Source: Guillardia theta CCMP2712 (lineage: Eukaryota > Protista > Cryptophyta). Taken from it: DNA of 64,000 bases. The position numbers were made by a program, and so were the translations under genes. Location of the stretch: contig NW_005434591.1 in the NCBI RefSeq assembly GCF_000315625.1, forward strand, positions 307,895 to 371,894, in the 5' to 3' direction. Below, in pieces: positions 1-14,245 of the stretch. The notes below the pieces were generated by a model. That model was not told the DNA's origin and made no database searches. It saw only the letters and a program-made list of their open reading frames with translations. Positions within the stretch are counted from its first letter, which is position 1. Each line of letters begins with the position of its first letter.

Positions 1-514
1 CTTTGCTTTCTGTCACAATACAGTCACACGAGCATGTCTGGCAGAGAGTCTTTGTTAGCATACTCACATCTTCTTCAAGCTTCTTCTTGAGCTCCTCAAG
101 CTCAGCCTCGATCTCGTTCTTCTGGTCTTGTGCCCTATCGAACTTCAGCCTCCCTCCCTCCTCGTCTTGCCTTCCCGTCCTCTCTCACCTGTAGATCTTC
201 TCCTTGAGATGCAGCGGTCGCTGGTCTGCGAGCATGTCGAGATCGACCTCACGGGGCGGCGGCTTGATGCCGTACATGTCGTTGTATCTGCTGATTAACT
301 TCTGCCTTGCCAGCTCGTTCGGGTCCTTCTTTCCTTTCTTCTTCCGAGCTCCCGCCCTGCTGGCACGCACGTTGCCCCCTCTGTTCCCTCCTCGCAGGGT
401 TCTCATCGCCATTGGGGGGCTGATGGGATTGAACCCGCCAGAGAACGCGGGAAATGTCTCAGTGGTGAGGGCGAGAGCGAGGAGGAGCCGGAGGAAAGGA
501 CGCGCAAGTTTCAT
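1..514 (-). CDS. Intron-containing protein with signal peptide and coiled coil; runs off the left edge
   Basis: ATG at 514 gives MKLARPFLRLLLALALTTETFPAFS (hydrophobic leader), then ...MRTLRGG. GT donor near 190; next exon reads LKFDRAQDQKNEIEAELEELKKKLEED, followed by another GT donor near 67. Confidence 0.65.
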
Positions 515-1265
515 GTCTCTTCCCCACAGCTCGAGCAAGTATCTTGGTTCATTCAAACATCCCGCAGGAAATCTCGAGGATGTTTCAATCTCCTTCCTTT
601 CCCATCAGCCGCCTCCTCGACCAGCTGCTGGCCTTGATGACGCTCCTGCTCTGGCTCTATCCCGCACTTGCTCCATCACACACACCCCTCGTCACTCTAT
701 CTCCCCCTCTTCTCATCCTCTCCACCACATCCTCCTGCAGATCCTCTCTTGCTCTCTTGTCCTCTCCTCCTCTCCTCCTCCTCCTCTCCTCCTTCATCTC
801 CCAGTCACCAGTCCTCCTGGGATACCTTCCTTCATAGCGACCGCCTCCATTCCGCACCACCCTACCTAGGTTTCCCCATCATTGTTCACCCCATTATTAA
901 CCTACTAGTACCCCTTATTTCAGGGGTGGTGTTGCCAAGGATCGATACCAGTACCCCCTCTTTTTGTATGTAACCCCGTCACTCCGCCACCTCAGCCAAA
1001 CATGCGCTACACATTGCGAGCCATAGTCAATGATTTCCACAGCCTCCTCCTCCTCCTCCTCTTCCTCCTCCTCGCTCTCCTTCCCCTCTCTCCTTCATCG
1101 ACTTCTCTCTACTGCTTCCCCTGCCTCCCGCTTTCCCTCGCTTTCTCCCGCTAGCATCCCGACATCGTAGCCTGATGTGATTCTTCTCTTTTCCCTTGCC
1201 TGTTGATTCATGACTGCTGCGGTGTGTATTTCGTTCTCACAAGTCCATCAGGGACTTGAATATCG

Positions 1266-1420
1266 TGATATCAGCTCAACTCCTATATCTCCTGTATGAT
1301 ATCAGCTCAACTCCTATATCTCCTGTATGATATCAGCTCAACTCCTATATCTCCTGTATGATATCAGCTCAACTCCTATATCTCCTGTATGATATCAGCT
1401 CAACTCCTATATCTCCTGTA
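1266..1420. repeat. 31-bp minisatellite, 5 perfect copies
   Basis: (tgatatcagctcaactcctatatctcctgta)x5 with no spacers. Confidence 0.95.
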
Positions 1421-1521
1421 TTCTTGTGCAATCATGCCAGTCTTGTCGTAGATAGCTTCGTAGATGCGGCCAGCCTACATCCGTTGTGCTGCACGTCTCA
1501 CTTGCAAACATCAGTATCATC

Positions 1522-3877
1522 ATGAGCGATCATGGTTTCTTCCATTTCATCCGAGCAATCCATTCATCCCCTCTAAGTCTTGATGGTCTTGCAGGTTCTT
1601 GAAAGCCCATGGCCATCGGCATTGTCGAACGATGAAGTACGCTCCATTGCTTGCCTGTGACGATCGCTCGACCAGTGAAGCCCAGAGATCTTTCTGATCT
1701 TACCAACTTCGGGTGTCGAAACAAGAGCAACAGGCAGGCACAATGACTATCAACACTCTTTTAACACATGCGAACTCTGCTGGGTTCTTCAACTCCAAGG
1801 GCAAGATGCTAAAGGCAGTCCTGTTCACCAAGAAATCTGAAACCCCCAACTTGTGGCTGCGAGTAGCAGATGCGTTGTCGTCCAAGTATGACTTCGGGGA
1901 GGTGAGAATGGATGAGGATGCGATTCTGTGCAAGTTTGGACTCTCTGCCGAAGTCCTCCCGAAGATCATCGCAGTGAGGGTGGTGGAGGAGGGGAAGGCG
2001 GAGAATATCCTTTACGAAGGGCCCAACGACTTCGAGCACATCGCGGAGTTCCTGAAGGATGCGGCGGAGGGAGGGTCACAGCTGGTAGAGCTGAAGAAGC
2101 AGGTGGAGTTCTTCCAACGGGAGGTTCGGGGACTGCAGCACGAAGTAGCGCAAGAGAGGGAGACTGCGCAGGCGGCGAAAGCTGAATCTGCCCGCATCAA
2201 GTTGGCGCAAGTTGGGCAGGTTGAAGCGATCCGTAAAGGGATCGAGGCAGAGCTGAGTCAGGCGAAGAGCAACGAGGCCGCGATGAAGAACCAGTTGGAG
2301 AAGGAGACGAATGAGCTGAAGGAGACGATTGCGCGGCTGGAGCGGGAGAAGAAGAGTCTGGAGGAGACGCTGGAAGTGGAGAGGCAGGTCCGAGGCGAGA
2401 AGATCATCAACCTTGCTCCTGAGAGCTTCGACACTTTCATTCAAGCCTCAGACCGACCGGTTAAGACCGTCCTGTTCACGAAAAGAGAGGATACTCCGGA
2501 GCTATGGACGCAGCTGGCGGAGAAGAACTCCTACATCTGCTCCTTTGGTCTAATCCGCCATACCTCTCAGGCGCTCTTGTCCAGATGCTCCGTTCGCGCC
2601 GAAAACCTTCCTCGGATCCTTTTCTACACCAACAACGTCAGTCACCCGGTCGCGTACGAGGGGCCTCATCGCCTCGAGAACATCCAGTCGTTCCTGGACG
2701 ACTTCCTCCAGGGTGGGCAGCAGTTCGTCGACCTCCGCAAGGAGCTTCAGGCCTCCAAGGACGTGGTCGAGAAGTTGCAGCGCCAGCTGCATGATGATCG
2801 GCGGAGCAGCGAGAAGCAACTCGAAGAGGCCGACAAGTCCTACAAGGAGCAGGTGAAGGGACTGAACAACACCATACAATCCTTGCAGGTGAGGTTTCAA
2901 GGATGTCATCTTGCTTTGCCTGATGCTGTTGACGTCAGCGACAACTCAAGGAGTCCTGCGCCGGTGCAGGGTTGGAAGTTCAGAAAGTTCGACAAGAGTT
3001 GGAATCCCGCTGCCAGGCAGCTGAATCTCTGGTGAGGCAGGAGAAGCTGACTCGTCAACAACTAAGGGCAACTTTCAGGTGCAAGAACTATCGACGGAGC
3101 TTGTTCGGGAACGTCAGTCGCTGCAGGCAAGTTATGATGCGCGATAGAGGGTGAGGGTGAGTGCGGAGCAGGCGAAGATATCAGAGGCATGCGCAAGAAG
3201 AGATGCTACGATCGTGAAGAACAAGCACAACATGGCAGAGGTACAGCTAGTTCACCAGCTGCATCACGTGAAGTTTTTGTTAGGTGAACGATGTGATGGT
3301 TTCGATCGAGGAGGAGCTGAAGGAGCTCGAGAAACAGGCGAAAGTTTGTGAAAAGGTTGGGAAGGAAGCAAAGCAAGCTCGTGGGGGGTGAAAGATGCCG
3401 CAGGTGACCTTGAAAGCTGCGTCTGCCGTGCATGTTGCTCTGGTGCGATCTGCGCGAGAGAACGAGAGGATGCATGTAGCGATGCGGGAGTTCATCGGTG
3501 AGTTCCCTTCCTTGTCTTCTCGCTTCCCGCGACTCGTCAAGTTGCCTGCTGATCCTCGTCGTCAGACGATTTGGCTCAGAGCCAGCCGATCTTAGAGATG
3601 CATGACGACGGCGAGTCGCCGATCAAGAACGACTCCGAAGGCTTCATGGGCACCATGGCGGCCAAGTACAAGAAGTTCAAGAAGAAGCTGCAGAGCGGGA
3701 TGGAGGACGGGAACTCATCGGATGGGACGGACAACCACGTCGCTTCTCAGGTTGACCTCCCAGCATGAATCTCGACCAACAACGAGTGACGTCCGTTGTG
3801 GGCAGGTCAGGAAGGCGATGACTTTCATCTCGCAAAAAGCAAACTTCCCTCGTACCTGGGAGAACAAGCCGAGGTGA
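1522..3877 (+). CDS. Protein with two thioredoxin-like (non-CxxC) domains alternating with coiled coils; multi-exon, ends approximate
   Basis: Long ORF 1713-3035 has two similar units (KAVLFTKKSETPNLW...YEGP and KTVLFTKREDTPELW...YEGP), each followed by E/K/Q-rich heptads. GT-AG introns follow 2888. Confidence 0.7.
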
Positions 3878-4213
3878 AGGCCCTGACCCCTGTGGAGTTT
3901 GACCCCAAGTGATGTGACTGCCTCGTAGATCGCCAGCGTCCTCCGTCGCTGATGGGGATGTGGACAAGAGGTGATCTTTCTCCTCCTGTCTCCTCCTGTC
4001 TCCTCCTCCTCCTCTCGGTTTCCTTGCTTTACCCTGCCATGCAGCAGCGGTAGCGAAAGGAGAGCCAACGGAGATAGAGGAGCGAACGTGAGAGTGACAA
4101 GGCTGGTGCCGCCATGGCTGATGGTGGAGCAGGGAGGCAGAGGACCCAACGGGGTGAACCAGACAGAGGCGCTGGCATGGCACGGGCTGGAGATGAGGAA
4201 GCTGAACGACGGT

Positions 4214-4253
<40 letters not shown>

Positions 4254-4329
4254 TACTGACATTCATAGCAGGAAACGTGTCAGACACTTCTGGTCATTCT
4301 CACGTGATTTCCTTTTGAGCCTGAGAGGA

Positions 4330-5129
4330 GGAGGCTGACTGAGTGGCAGGCATCCTCGGAGCGGAGGGAGGACGACGAGAACCCGAGCACGAGGAAGAAG
4401 GAACGAAAGCACTGGAGCGACTCCGAGGGAGGAGAAGCTGTGAAGGAGCCTTCCCTCATGCACAAGCTCAAGCGCTTCGGGCTGAGTGATCGCAAGGAGG
4501 CGGAGGCAGCGCAGGATCAGGAGCAGTCCCGACGGTCGCAGCTGGAAGGCAGGCAGGCGATGTCAGAGAGGATGCCAGCGCTGGTGGGAGGAAAGCTGCT
4601 GCTGGCGCCGACGAGGAAGGGGGAGGGGGAGGCGAAGCATCACAGCAAGTCACACAAGGCGGCAGCGAGCGAGAAGGACAGGAAGGGGTCGGACAAGCAG
4701 CTGGAACGTCCTCACAGACCCTCGAGGATCGACGACGAGCGCGACCTCGGAGCATGGGGCTCGCACCCCCGCCCTCCCACTGCCCCGGACCCCTCCCGCA
4801 TCTGGTCCTCTGACGTGGCGGGGGGGGGAGGCTCTGACTTGTCGGAGTATCCATGGCGGGAGAGGGACATGGTGGCCGCGGCGGCAGAGACGATGGCGGG
4901 AAGGAGCGCGCAAACAGCGGACCGAGCGGGGCAGGCGGCGGGACGGGCAGGGAACAGCCCGCATGATCCTCCTCCGGCTCCTGCCGAGCTGGGCAAGTTC
5001 AACCTGTCGCGCATCTCCGTGAGGGAGGATGGGAGGGAGGACGCGTCTGCGCGGACATCGGCGCTGCTCATGGACCACGAGGCCCCGATCTCAACGCAGA
5101 ACGCTACCTTCTGGAACAGACTGTTCTGA
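4330..5129 (+). CDS. Low-complexity hydrophilic exon(s), hypothetical protein
   Basis: ORF 4440-5129 with coding-like composition, ending NATFWNRLF*. Unclear whether it joins the upstream gene. Confidence 0.4.
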
Positions 5130-5294
5130 AGTGCTGTAGACTTGTACATAGAGAGAAGCAGGAGGATAAAGAGGAGGAGGATAAAGAGGAGGAGGAGGAG
5201 GAGGAGGAGGTGGTGGTGGTGGTGGTGGTGGTGGTGCTGGCGGAGAAGGGATGGAGTAGGTATTTACAAAACAATAAGAGGGGGGAGGAACTTT

Positions 5295-6171
5295 CTACCA
5301 GTTCGAGTCGCTTCCACCAGAACTCTTCGATCCCCAGAGCCCGTTGCCGTCCCCGTATGACTGGATGATGAACCTCCTCGACTGAGACAACCCTTCCTCC
5401 TGTACTTCAACTCAGTCTTCACAGCTCCGCTCCTTGCCTCGCTGCACCACTGCTCTCCTCTCCCTCCCTTCGCCCCAAACTTTTCTTCTCTCCTCCACTG
5501 TACCCTTCCACAGAACTTTTATCCTTCTTTCTTCCTCCCGACCCCTCCCTCATTGCATAACTGTAACCGTGACTTTCTTTCATCTCTTCTCACGACATCT
5601 CCCTCCCTCTCTCCCGCTCTTCCTCCCTCCTCTCCTTCAGACTCTCACCTGGTCGAGCTTGCGGTGGGGCTGCAGAGCCTTCCAGTAGTTGTCAGACCCT
5701 GGAACCATCGAACCCGAGCTGCTCTTGAGCATCTGACACAGTTCATCAGCCGCACATGTCAAGGGAGCTTACTTCACAAGGTAGCGATCTTTCTCTGATT
5801 GTCCTTGATAAGTTCAGAGGATCTATCTATTCTCCACCGGCCGCCCCACTGCCGGCCCTTTGCTCCTGTCTCTGCGCTCCTCCCTTCCCTCATTCTTGCT
5901 TCACCCTCGTTCAATCTTCTATGTTTGCAACCCTCCTTTTATGCCCCTGCCCCTCCTTCCTGTTGCTCCCTCTCCTTCCTGTTGCTCCCACTCCTTCCTG
6001 TTGCTCCCTCTCCTTCCTGTTGCTCCCTCTCCTTCCTCTCTCCTCGCCTCCTTCCTGATTTCATTTCACTTCGCCGTCACTTCTTCCTGACTTCTTCATC
6101 TTCTTGCTCACCTGCATCTTCCGCATCGTCGCCCTCTCGCCATCTCCCACGTTGAACAGCATCGCCAGCAT
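5295..6171 (-). CDS. Possible small multi-exon hypothetical gene
   Basis: Short non-repetitive blocks bounded by gtgag/gtaag donors on the minus strand (near 6111, 5772 and 5649), separated by purine-rich introns. No recognisable domain. Confidence 0.25.
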
Positions 6172-6427
6172 TCCAGAAATAGAGGCAGGGTAGGGGTGGT
6201 TTCGAGGGTATAGGATGAGGTAGGGGTGTTGAGTGATGTGGGTGTTGGTGAATGTCGGTCGCAGAGGGGGTGGGGTTATATTGTAGGGGGTACTTTTACG
6301 TGAATGTGGGGGTACAGGGTAGATGTTGCTAAGGGGGCCTACGAGGAATGGGAAAGAGGGGGGTAGGGGGTCATGTATTAATAAATTGATTTTTAAATTA
6401 CAACACTTTTAGGGAATCTCACGAGCC

Positions 6428-9400
6428 ATGGCGACCAACGAGGGAGCGAAAGTGAGTTTGTCGGCATGCAGCAGCTCCTCCTCCTCCTCCTACTGCCCAT
6501 GCACGCTTGGTCATGATCATCATGCTCCTGCTCCTGTTGTTCCTGCCCCTGCCCCTGCCCCTGCTCCTCTTCAGCGTCCTCGTCCTCCGCCTCTTGCTCG
6601 TCTTCACTTGAGGGCTATACTGCTAGATTGTTTTCTCTGCACTCTGTAGCTTGGTTTGTATGCTGGGGAAGATGCTCCTCCTTCCTCTCCTAGTCATATG
6701 TCCTTCTGGCCCTTGTGGTAGCTCTCACACCATTGTGGTTGTCACAAAGTGCTCCTGCTCCATACGATGACGTGGACGTTTGTTGCTCCGTATCCTCCTC
6801 TTGCTGCAGCTTCCGCGCCCTCTCCCTCCTCTTACTCTCATCCTGCAGTCTTTCGCGCGCAGGGACAAGCTCATCGAGATCCAGAAGCAGGTCAGTCTGC
6901 ATGGAAGAGCTCCGCCTCCCCTCATCCCCAGTTTCACAGGCCCAGAAGCGATGGGAGGAGGAGAAGGCGTTCGAGATGGACGCTCCTGCTCCTGGCTCGG
7001 CAGCTCCAGTGAGTCACCTCCTCATGCGGGTGACGGTGACTGAGGGAGGAGCAGGAGAAGCACTTCGTTACCTTCCCCTACCCCTACATGAACGGCCTCC
7101 TTCACTTGGGCCACACCTTCTCGCTCTCCAAGACAGAGTTCTCCATGGGTGGGAAATCTCCTCCTCCTCCTGCTGCTAGCCCTCTATCCTCCTCCTCCTC
7201 CTCCTCCTCCTCCTCCTCCTCCTCCTCCTCGTTCTCCCCTTCTCTCCTCTACTCTGCTCTTTTTGTAGCCCGCCCTTGTTGACTGCTGTGCGCTCCCATC
7301 CCTATCCTCCTGCTCTCCCTCCTCCCTCCTCTCTTCCCCGTGACGACCGCGCAGGGTACGAGAGGCTCAAGGGCAAGAAGACGCTCTGGCCGTTTGGCTT
7401 CCATTGCACGGGCATGCCGATCCAGGCGGCAGCAGACAACTTGAGTGAGAGGGAGGAGGCGACTGAGGGATTAGGCTGAGCGCAGGGTGCAGGACGTGAC
7501 ATCATCGGCATGTACCAGGAGATCTACGGAGGGGTGAGAGGAGGAGGATGTGGTGGTGACGGTGCTGACAGTCAGTCAGGAGGAGGAGAAGGAGGCGGAT
7601 GCTGAGGCTTCAAAGGAGGTGTGCTGCTGACCTGGGGGATGAAGTAGTGTTGAAGTTGATGTGCAGGAGGAGGAAGCAGAAATGGACCCGACCAAGTTCA
7701 AGGGCAAGAAGAGCAAGGCAGCTGCGAAGAAGGGCAAGGGAAACCAGTAAGTCGGCGGGGTGGGAGAAGCGGAAGGAGGGAAGGATGGAGGGAAGAGAAG
7801 AGAAAAGAAACGGAGGAGTGAGGAGGAAGGGGAACGGGTAGCATGAGCAGCAGGAGGAGGAGGAGCAGGAGCAGGATCTGAGAGACTTTGACACGTTTGG
7901 TTCAGATGGCAGGTGTTGGAGTCGATGGACATTCCTAGAGAAACTATCCCTCGCTTCGTCGATCCTGTCTACTGGCTTCAAGTGAGTCCTCCTCCTCCTC
8001 TTCCTCTCCTGTCCTTTTCTCCATCGTCCCCTCCTACTCATCTCTTCCTTCCCCTTCCTTCTCTTCGTTCCTTCTCTCTCCTCCTTTGCTTGTTCCCTTC
8101 ATGTTCACGACGGGCCTTTGCAGTACTTCCCTCCCATCGCCAAGCAGGACTTGATTGAGATGGGCGTGAAGGTGGGACAAGAGGAGTGGGAGGCGGAATG
8201 AAAGGGAGCGAGGGGAGCGGCAGAGACGGAGAGGAGCAGAGACAAGAACAGGAAGGAGAAGGGAGGAAAGGAAAGAAGTGGAGAGAGGGAGGAGGAGGGA
8301 AGGAGAGGAGAGGAGAGGGGGAGGAGAGGCGAGGGGGAAGGGAAGGACAGATTTGAAGGGGAAAGGAAATCATTTCGAGGGTTTAGGTGGATTGGAGGAG
8401 GTCGTTCATTACCACCAACGTCAACCCCTACTACGATTCTTTCATTCAGTGGCAGTTCCACAAGCTCCGGTGACTTCAAACTTCTCCCGCTCCTCCTCCC
8501 GCTCCCTCCTTCCCCTTCCTCTCCTCCTCCCTCTCCGTCTTCCTACTTCCACTTCGTTTATCTCCCTCCCTCTCTCTCCCTCTCTCGCTCGTCTCCTCCT
8601 CTCCCTCCCTCCCGTGCTGCTCTCACACTCCCCCAGCAAGCTCGAGAAGGTTTCTTTCGGCAAGCGTTACTCCATCTTCTCCCCTATCGACAACCAGATC
8701 TGTGCAGATCATGACAGAGCTACTGGTATGCTCCTCCTCCTCCTCCTCCTCCTCCTCCTCCTCCTCTCCTCCTCCCTCTCCTCTTCCTCCTCCCTCTTCC
8801 TCCTGCTCCTGCTCCTCCTCGTCCGTGTCACTGTCTTCCTTTTCATTTGCTCCCTGAACTTCTCCCTTTGCTATCCCCTCTGCTTTTCCTCATTCTCCTC
8901 TTTCCTTTCTTGTTCCACCACCTCCTCCATTCTTCCCCGCTGCCTTTCTGTACCCCTCCTTCCTCCTCCTCTCCCTCGTCACCCCTGCTGTCTTGTAGGC
9001 GAAGGAGTTGGACCGCAGGAGTACGTCCTCATCAAGATGGAGATTCTTACCTTGCCCCCGGCGCTGCAGCAAGTTGATTCCACTTCCTCGTTACCATCCT
9101 GCTCCTCCTCCTGCTCTTGTTCCTCTCTCCTCCTCGTCCTCCTGCCTCCCTCTCCTCTTCCGCTTACTCGCACGCAGCTCGAGGGCAAGAAAGTTGTTCT
9201 CCTCGCCGCTACTCTCCGTCCCGAAACCATGTAAACCCCTCCTTCTCTCCTTCCTTCCTTCTCTTCCTCTTCCTCCACTCCCTTCTCTTCCTCTTCCTCC
9301 ACTCTCTTCTCTTCTTCAGGCTGAAATTTCATCGCAGGTACGGGCAGACCAACTGCTGGGTCCTCCCCCACGAGAAAGATGGTGAACTACCAGAGACTTC

Positions 9401-10246
9401 CTACCCCCCACCCCTCTCTCTCCTCCCTCCTTCCTCCTTCTTCCTTAACCCCCCCTCCCCCTCCCTCCCTCCTCCTCCTCCTCCTCCTTCCTTCCTCCTC
9501 CTCTCCTCTCNNNNNNNNNNNNNNNNNNNNNNNNNNNNNNNNNNNNNNNNNNNNNNNNNNNNNNNNNNNNNNNNNNNNNNNNNNNNNNNNNNNNNNNNNN
9601 NNNNNNNNNNCCCTCCTCCCTCCTCCCCCCCTCCACCTCCTCCTCCTCTCCCTCATTTTCTCTTTTCTGGCGCTTGCCCCTCGCCCGCTTCTCCTTCATC
9701 TCCTCTTGCTGATCTTCTGACCTCCAGCCATCGTCGGGGAGCGGGCGGCAAGGAACATGGCCTTCCAGGGGCTGACGCCGGAGGTAACGAGGCAGCAGCG
9801 GGTTGAAAGAGCTCGTGACGTCCTGCTGGCAGTTCGGCGAGGTCAGGGAAGTGATGAGAGTGCGAGGAAGAGACCTGGTGGGACTCCCGCTCAGGTGAGC
9901 CCGTGCTAGCTTCCTCTTCCCTCTCCTCCTCCTCCTCCTCCTCCTCCTCCTCCTCCTCATCCTCCTCCTCCTCTTCCTCCCTCTTCCCCCACCTGCTTCT
10001 CCTTTTCCTCCTTCCTATCTCCTCCCTTCCTCAAACCTCATTCATCGTTCCCTTCCCTCTCTTTCCTCTCCGTGTCTTCTTTTCTTTCTCATCCTGTTCT
10101 CAGGGCTCCTCTCACCAAGTTGTGCCCCATCTACACCCTCCCCATGCTCACCATCTCCATGAAGAAGGGAACGGGTGTCGTGACCTCGGTAAGCGAGAAG
10201 GAGGAGAGGAAGAGGAAGTGAAGAAGGAGTGGAAGTGGAGATGGCA

Positions 10247-10279
<33 letters not shown>

Positions 10280-10324
10280 TGGCGGTGACTGTGATGGTGG
10301 CAGCTGTTGTTGTTGGTGGTGGGG

Positions 10325-10405
<81 letters not shown>

Positions 10406-12893
10406 TCTGGCAGGGAGTGACGTGGGGGGCAGGTGCCATCGGACGCGCCGGACGACTACCAGGCGCTGATGGACCTCAAGAACAAGCCGGCGCTGAGGGA
10501 GAAGTACGGGGTCAAGGACGAGTGGGTCCTGCCCTTCGACCTCATCCCCATCATCGAGATCCCCTACAAGCGCGACGACGCGCCGGAGGGAGCCGAGCCC
10601 GAGCTGACGGACCTGGCGGCTAAGGTGGCGTGCGAGGAGTACAAGGTGGCTTCACAGAATGACAAGGAGAAGCTGGTGCTTGCCAAGGCGAAGACGTACA
10701 AGCTCGGGTTCTACGAGGGGAAGATGACCATCGGAGACTTCAAGGGGATGCCCGTGCAAGAGGCGAAGAACAGGGTGAAGGCTCAGATGCTCGAGGAGAA
10801 CAACGCGTACTCGTACGCTGAGCCGGAGAAGGAGGTGATGTCTCGGTCCGGCAACGAGTGTGTGGTGGCCCTGACGGATCAGTGGTACATCAAGTACGGA
10901 GAGGAGGAGTGGAGGAAGCAGGTGGAAGAGCATCTGCAGAAGGACCTCAACTGCTACTCAGACGACACCAAGTCCAAGTTCGAGGCAGCTCTGAGCTGGC
11001 TGGGGGAGTGGGGCTGCTCCAGGTCGTTCGGTCTGGGGACGCTGCTGCCATGGGACAAGCAGTTTGTGATCGAGTCTCTCTCTGACTCCACCATCTACAT
11101 GGCCTACTACACCTTCTGCCACATCCTCCACCAGGGCCCCTTCGACGGCTCCGTGCCCGGGCCCGCTGGCGTCGTCGCCAAGGATCTCACAGAGGAGGTC
11201 TGGGACTATATCCTGCTGGACGGGCCCCAGCCCAAGGACAGCAAGGTGCCGCAGGAGACGCTGGAGAGGATGAAGCAGGAGTTCAACTACTGGTACCCCG
11301 TCGACCTGCGCGTGTCCGGTAAGGATCTGATTCAGAACCACCTTACCTTCTTCCTCTACAACCATGCCGCCATCTTCCCCAAGAAGCACTGGCCCCGTTC
11401 CATCCGCACCAACGGCCACGTCCTGCTCAACAACGAGAAGATGTCAAAGTCGACCGGCAACTTCAAGACCCTCAAGCAGGCGATCGGCGAGTACTCGGCT
11501 GACGGCATGCGATTCGCGCTGGCGCTGGCGGGCGATGGCAACGAGGACGCAAACTTCGAGCATGACGTGGCGAACGCGGCGATCCTGAAACTGACCAACG
11601 AGCTTCAGTTCGTGGAGAAGTCGCTGACTGAGCTGGACAAGATGAGGACGGGAGAGCTCGACCTCTTCATCGACAAGAATTTTGACAACGAGATCAATCG
11701 TCTTGTCAAGTCGGCGGACGAGTGCTACCGCCGCATGCAGTTCCGCGAGTCGGTCATCGAAGGCTGGGACAAGCTCCAGAACGCGCGGGACAAGTACCGC
11801 GCCATGGCCGGGCCCATCGGCATGCACGCGGAGCTGATCAAGAAGTTCATCACGTGCCAGACGCTCGTGATCGCTCCCATCTGCCCTCACTACTCCGAGT
11901 ACGTGTGGGGGCTGCTGGGGCACAAGGAAAGCGTCATGGAGGCTCGCTGGCCGGAGGTGGGAGACGTCGACCCGCTGCTGGTGCGCATGAACAGCTACTT
12001 TGACAAGACGCTGTCGGACATCCGAGCCAAGACCGACAAGGCGCGAGCCAAGAAGGCCGTGGCCAAGGCGACCGTCTACGTGGCCGACGAGTTCCTGGAC
12101 TGGCAGCAGGCGGCGCTGAATGTGCTGAGGTCGGTGGTGGACAAGGGGGAGAGCTTCGGGAAGGACTTCAAGAAGAACATGATGAGCTTTCCCGAGCTCG
12201 CTCCCTTCAAGGCTCAGACTAAGGTCCTCATGCCCTTCGCCGCCTTCTCCATCGACGAGTTCGAGGCCCGTGGACCCGAGGCCTTCGAACTCAAGGTGAG
12301 GGGCGAGGAGGGAGCGGGGGAGGAAGGGCGAGGTAGTAGGGAGGGAGGGAGGGAGGGAGGGCGGAGGGCGGATGAGAGAAGACGGGTTTGCTGAGATACA
12401 TGGCAGGTTCCTTACGATGAAGTTCGTCTCCTCACCGACAGCATCGAGTATCTCAAGGTTGCTTTCCTTCCACCTGCTCTCTCTCCTCCTCCCCTCCTCC
12501 ATTTCCTTCTCCCTTCCCCGCCTTCTCCTCCTCTCCCCTCCCGTCCCCTTCCCTCTGCCTGACCCCAATTGCTCAGGGAGAGCTCAGCGTGGAGGAGATC
12601 GAGGTGACCAAGTGGCCTCCTTCAGACCCTGCCGTCCTCAAGAACCTGAGGTATGAATGTGCTCTCATCTCCTCTCGCTCCTCCTCTCCTCTCGCTCCTC
12701 CTCTCCTCCCGCTCCTCTCCTCCCGCTCCTTTCTGTAACCACTTGTTCTGCTCTCTCTCTCTCCCTGGTTGTACCCTGTTGTTCTCTCTTCTGCCTCCTT
12801 CCTGGTCTCGCTCTCGCGCTCTCCGTTTCCTCCTCACTTCATCGCAGCAACAATCCTGCTACTCCCGGCAAACCAGCAGTCAGCTTCTCATGA
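6428..12893 (+). CDS. LARS1: Cytosolic (eukaryote/archaeal-type) leucyl-tRNA synthetase, many introns
   Basis: [14 protein letters not shown] (HIGH motif, ~7070-7115), [70 protein letters not shown] and KMSKS. Ends [12 protein letters not shown]. Confidence 0.97.
9511..9610. other. Assembly gap (100 N) inside the LeuRS gene
   Basis: Run of N flanked by CT-rich repeats. Confidence 1.
10329..10403 (+). repeat. (CAG)n trinucleotide tract, ~25 copies, intronic in LeuRS
   Basis: Lies between the GTAAG donor at ~10189 and the acceptor at ~10432 that join KGTGVVTS to VPSDAPDD. Confidence 0.9.
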
Positions 12894-13119
12894 CCTGAAT
12901 AAACGTGCAAACGTCTCCTCTTGTCATGTTCTGTTGCCATCAGCTCATCTCATGCTCCTCCTCTCATCTCTCATCTCACGCTCTCTCACAACGATTTCAA
13001 GTAATTGATGGTTTTGAATGTTTTAATCAAGATTTATCTTCTTGTTTCATGTCTCATGTTACAGTGAGGCAAGGAGAGTCCGCAGGGGCTCCTCCATGCA
13101 AAAAGTTTCGAGGTGAAAG

Positions 13120-14245
<1,126 letters not shown>

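Noticed and set aside
1266-1420. CRISPR-like array
   Set aside because: Repeats are contiguous with no spacers, the context is eukaryotic, and there are no cas genes.
10279-10623. PolyQ/polyA/polyC ORFs
   Set aside because: The CAG tract lies inside a LeuRS intron whose flanking exons join into the conserved [11 protein letters not shown] motif.
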